The position numbers and the translations under genes are program-made. Positions 62,891 through 64,000 of a stretch of DNA of 64,000 nt are shown here, piece by piece. The notes under the pieces were generated by a model. That model was not told the DNA's origin and searched no databases. It saw only the letters and a program-made list of their open reading frames with translations. Each line of letters starts with the position of its first letter. Position 1 is the stretch's first letter. Location: positions 32,364,001-32,428,000 of the forward strand of contig CM060733.1 of NCBI GenBank assembly GCA_030704615.1, read 5' to 3'. Origin of the DNA: Takakia lepidozioides. Its lineage: Eukaryota; Plantae; Bryophyta.

Positions 62891-63316
62891 GAGAGAACAC
62901 ATTCAGTGTTCAGAATGACATCTAGTACAATTCCAGCTTTGACAACACCACCATGAACCTCTTTGCCCATTTCCAAAAATTATGAAACCGCCTCGATGCA
63001 CCCCTACTTACTCATTGAGGGCTTTCCAGCACGGAGGCCTTGCGGTTTGGGAGATCAACAAACAAACCAAAACAAAACAAACATATTGATAAGGTGGAGG
63101 AAAAAAATTAAACTAGTTTGTCAACACAGTGGGAAAACTTGTATAAGCAAATGCTTGCTACCAGCTTGAGGGAAGATGAGCAGGGGGTGTGGAAGGAACG
63201 AAGGGGGATTAGCCGGATGGATGAGAGAGTTTAGCCACCCACTGTTGTGCAATTTTGTGAGCGAATTTCGTGGCGAAAAATGGCAAAACTACAAAGGGGG
63301 AGAGAGAAAGAGAGCT

Positions 63317-63463
63317 ATGGCGATGGCCTTGCTGCCCTCCGTCTCCCTCCGCTCTCCCTCTCATTCCCTACCTCTGATCTCACCGTCTCTGCCTCTCCAC
63401 TTCCACTTCCACTTCCACTTCCACTATGGTGACCATCCACCTTCTAGCCATTCACCTTCCAAA
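63317..63463 (+). CDS. Possible first exon of a gene with a Ser/Pro-rich transit-peptide-like N-terminus
   Basis: MAMALLPSVSLRSPSHSLPL.. ends at a strong donor AAG|GTGAGT; GA-rich leader upstream; contains (CTTCCA)n. Confidence 0.35.
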
Positions 63464-63469
63464 GGTGAG

Positions 63470-64000
63470 TTAAACAAGATAGTCTCTTAGACTTCTAAGC
63501 CTTTGGCCTTCAAGACTTTTAGTCTTCTAGATATGTTTAATTACTTCTAACACTCCCACTCAATTAAACCATATCATTGAGCTACTTCGTTTGTCTTTGG
63601 AGAAGAGACATCAAGTAAGGCTGAACACTTCATGTGTTTTGTTTATGGTAGACTCTTCGTCAAAACATCCGCAACCATATCTCCTGTAGCACAATAGATC
63701 ATCTTGATCTCTCCCTTACATACAACTTCCCGTATGTAGTGATGTTGCACTTCAATGTGCTTCGTCCTTGAATGATACTTCGGATTCTGACTTAGTGCAA
63801 TCGCACTTTGATTGTCACAATAGAGAGTCGTAGGTAGTGATTGAAGATTATCCAAATCTCCAAGCAACTTCCGTAACCAAATAGCCTCATTTGCTGCTTG
63901 TGTAATGGACATGTACTCAGCTTCTGTTGATGACAACGATGTTGCAACTTGTCGTTTGCTAAACCAAGATACAGCTCCACCTGCTAGGAGAAAACAATGG
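63470..64000 (-). mobile_element. Ty1/Copia element 3' end (RNase H, PPT, start of 3' LTR), continues off the right edge
   Basis: SSTEAEY..AIWLRKLL..LYCDNQSAI..HSRTKHIEV..HYIRE..ADVLTK; PPT TTGAGTGGGAG followed by TGTTAG at 63552. Confidence 0.92.

Overview
Nuclear DNA of a non-seed land plant (bryophyte/lycophyte-like: spliceosomal introns, flagellar CFAP53-like gene, histone H3 with A31/Y41, PLS-class PPR). The first 22.6 kb is a nest of transposable elements. It holds a decayed Ty3/Gypsy element with a 2.5-kb LTR, the right end of a CACTA element, and an L1-type LINE split by an 11.7-kb insertion (9704-21437) with an 11-bp target-site duplication. That insertion is the highlight: a Mutator-like DNA transposon without proper TIRs. 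It carries (i) an apparently intact ~1147-aa DDE/SWIM transposase gene, (ii) a divergently oriented, intron-rich gene encoding a ParB-like (DGNHR) domain fused to a beta-class N6A/N4C-type DNA methyltransferase fold, and (iii) between them an array of 15-16 x 116-bp repeats, each with a 16-18-bp hairpin. The rest contains host genes (PLS-E PPR, histone H3, CFAP53-like, ACOS5-like acyl-CoA synthetase, RGLG copine-RING ligase). It also contains gene relics (TOM20, NIPA/C3HC, PPR, polyphenol oxidase), a 4.6-kb inverted-repeat-bounded mosaic of captured exons (Pack-type element), several LINEs and a Copia end. All calls come from reading the sequence and recalled family motifs; no searches were run.
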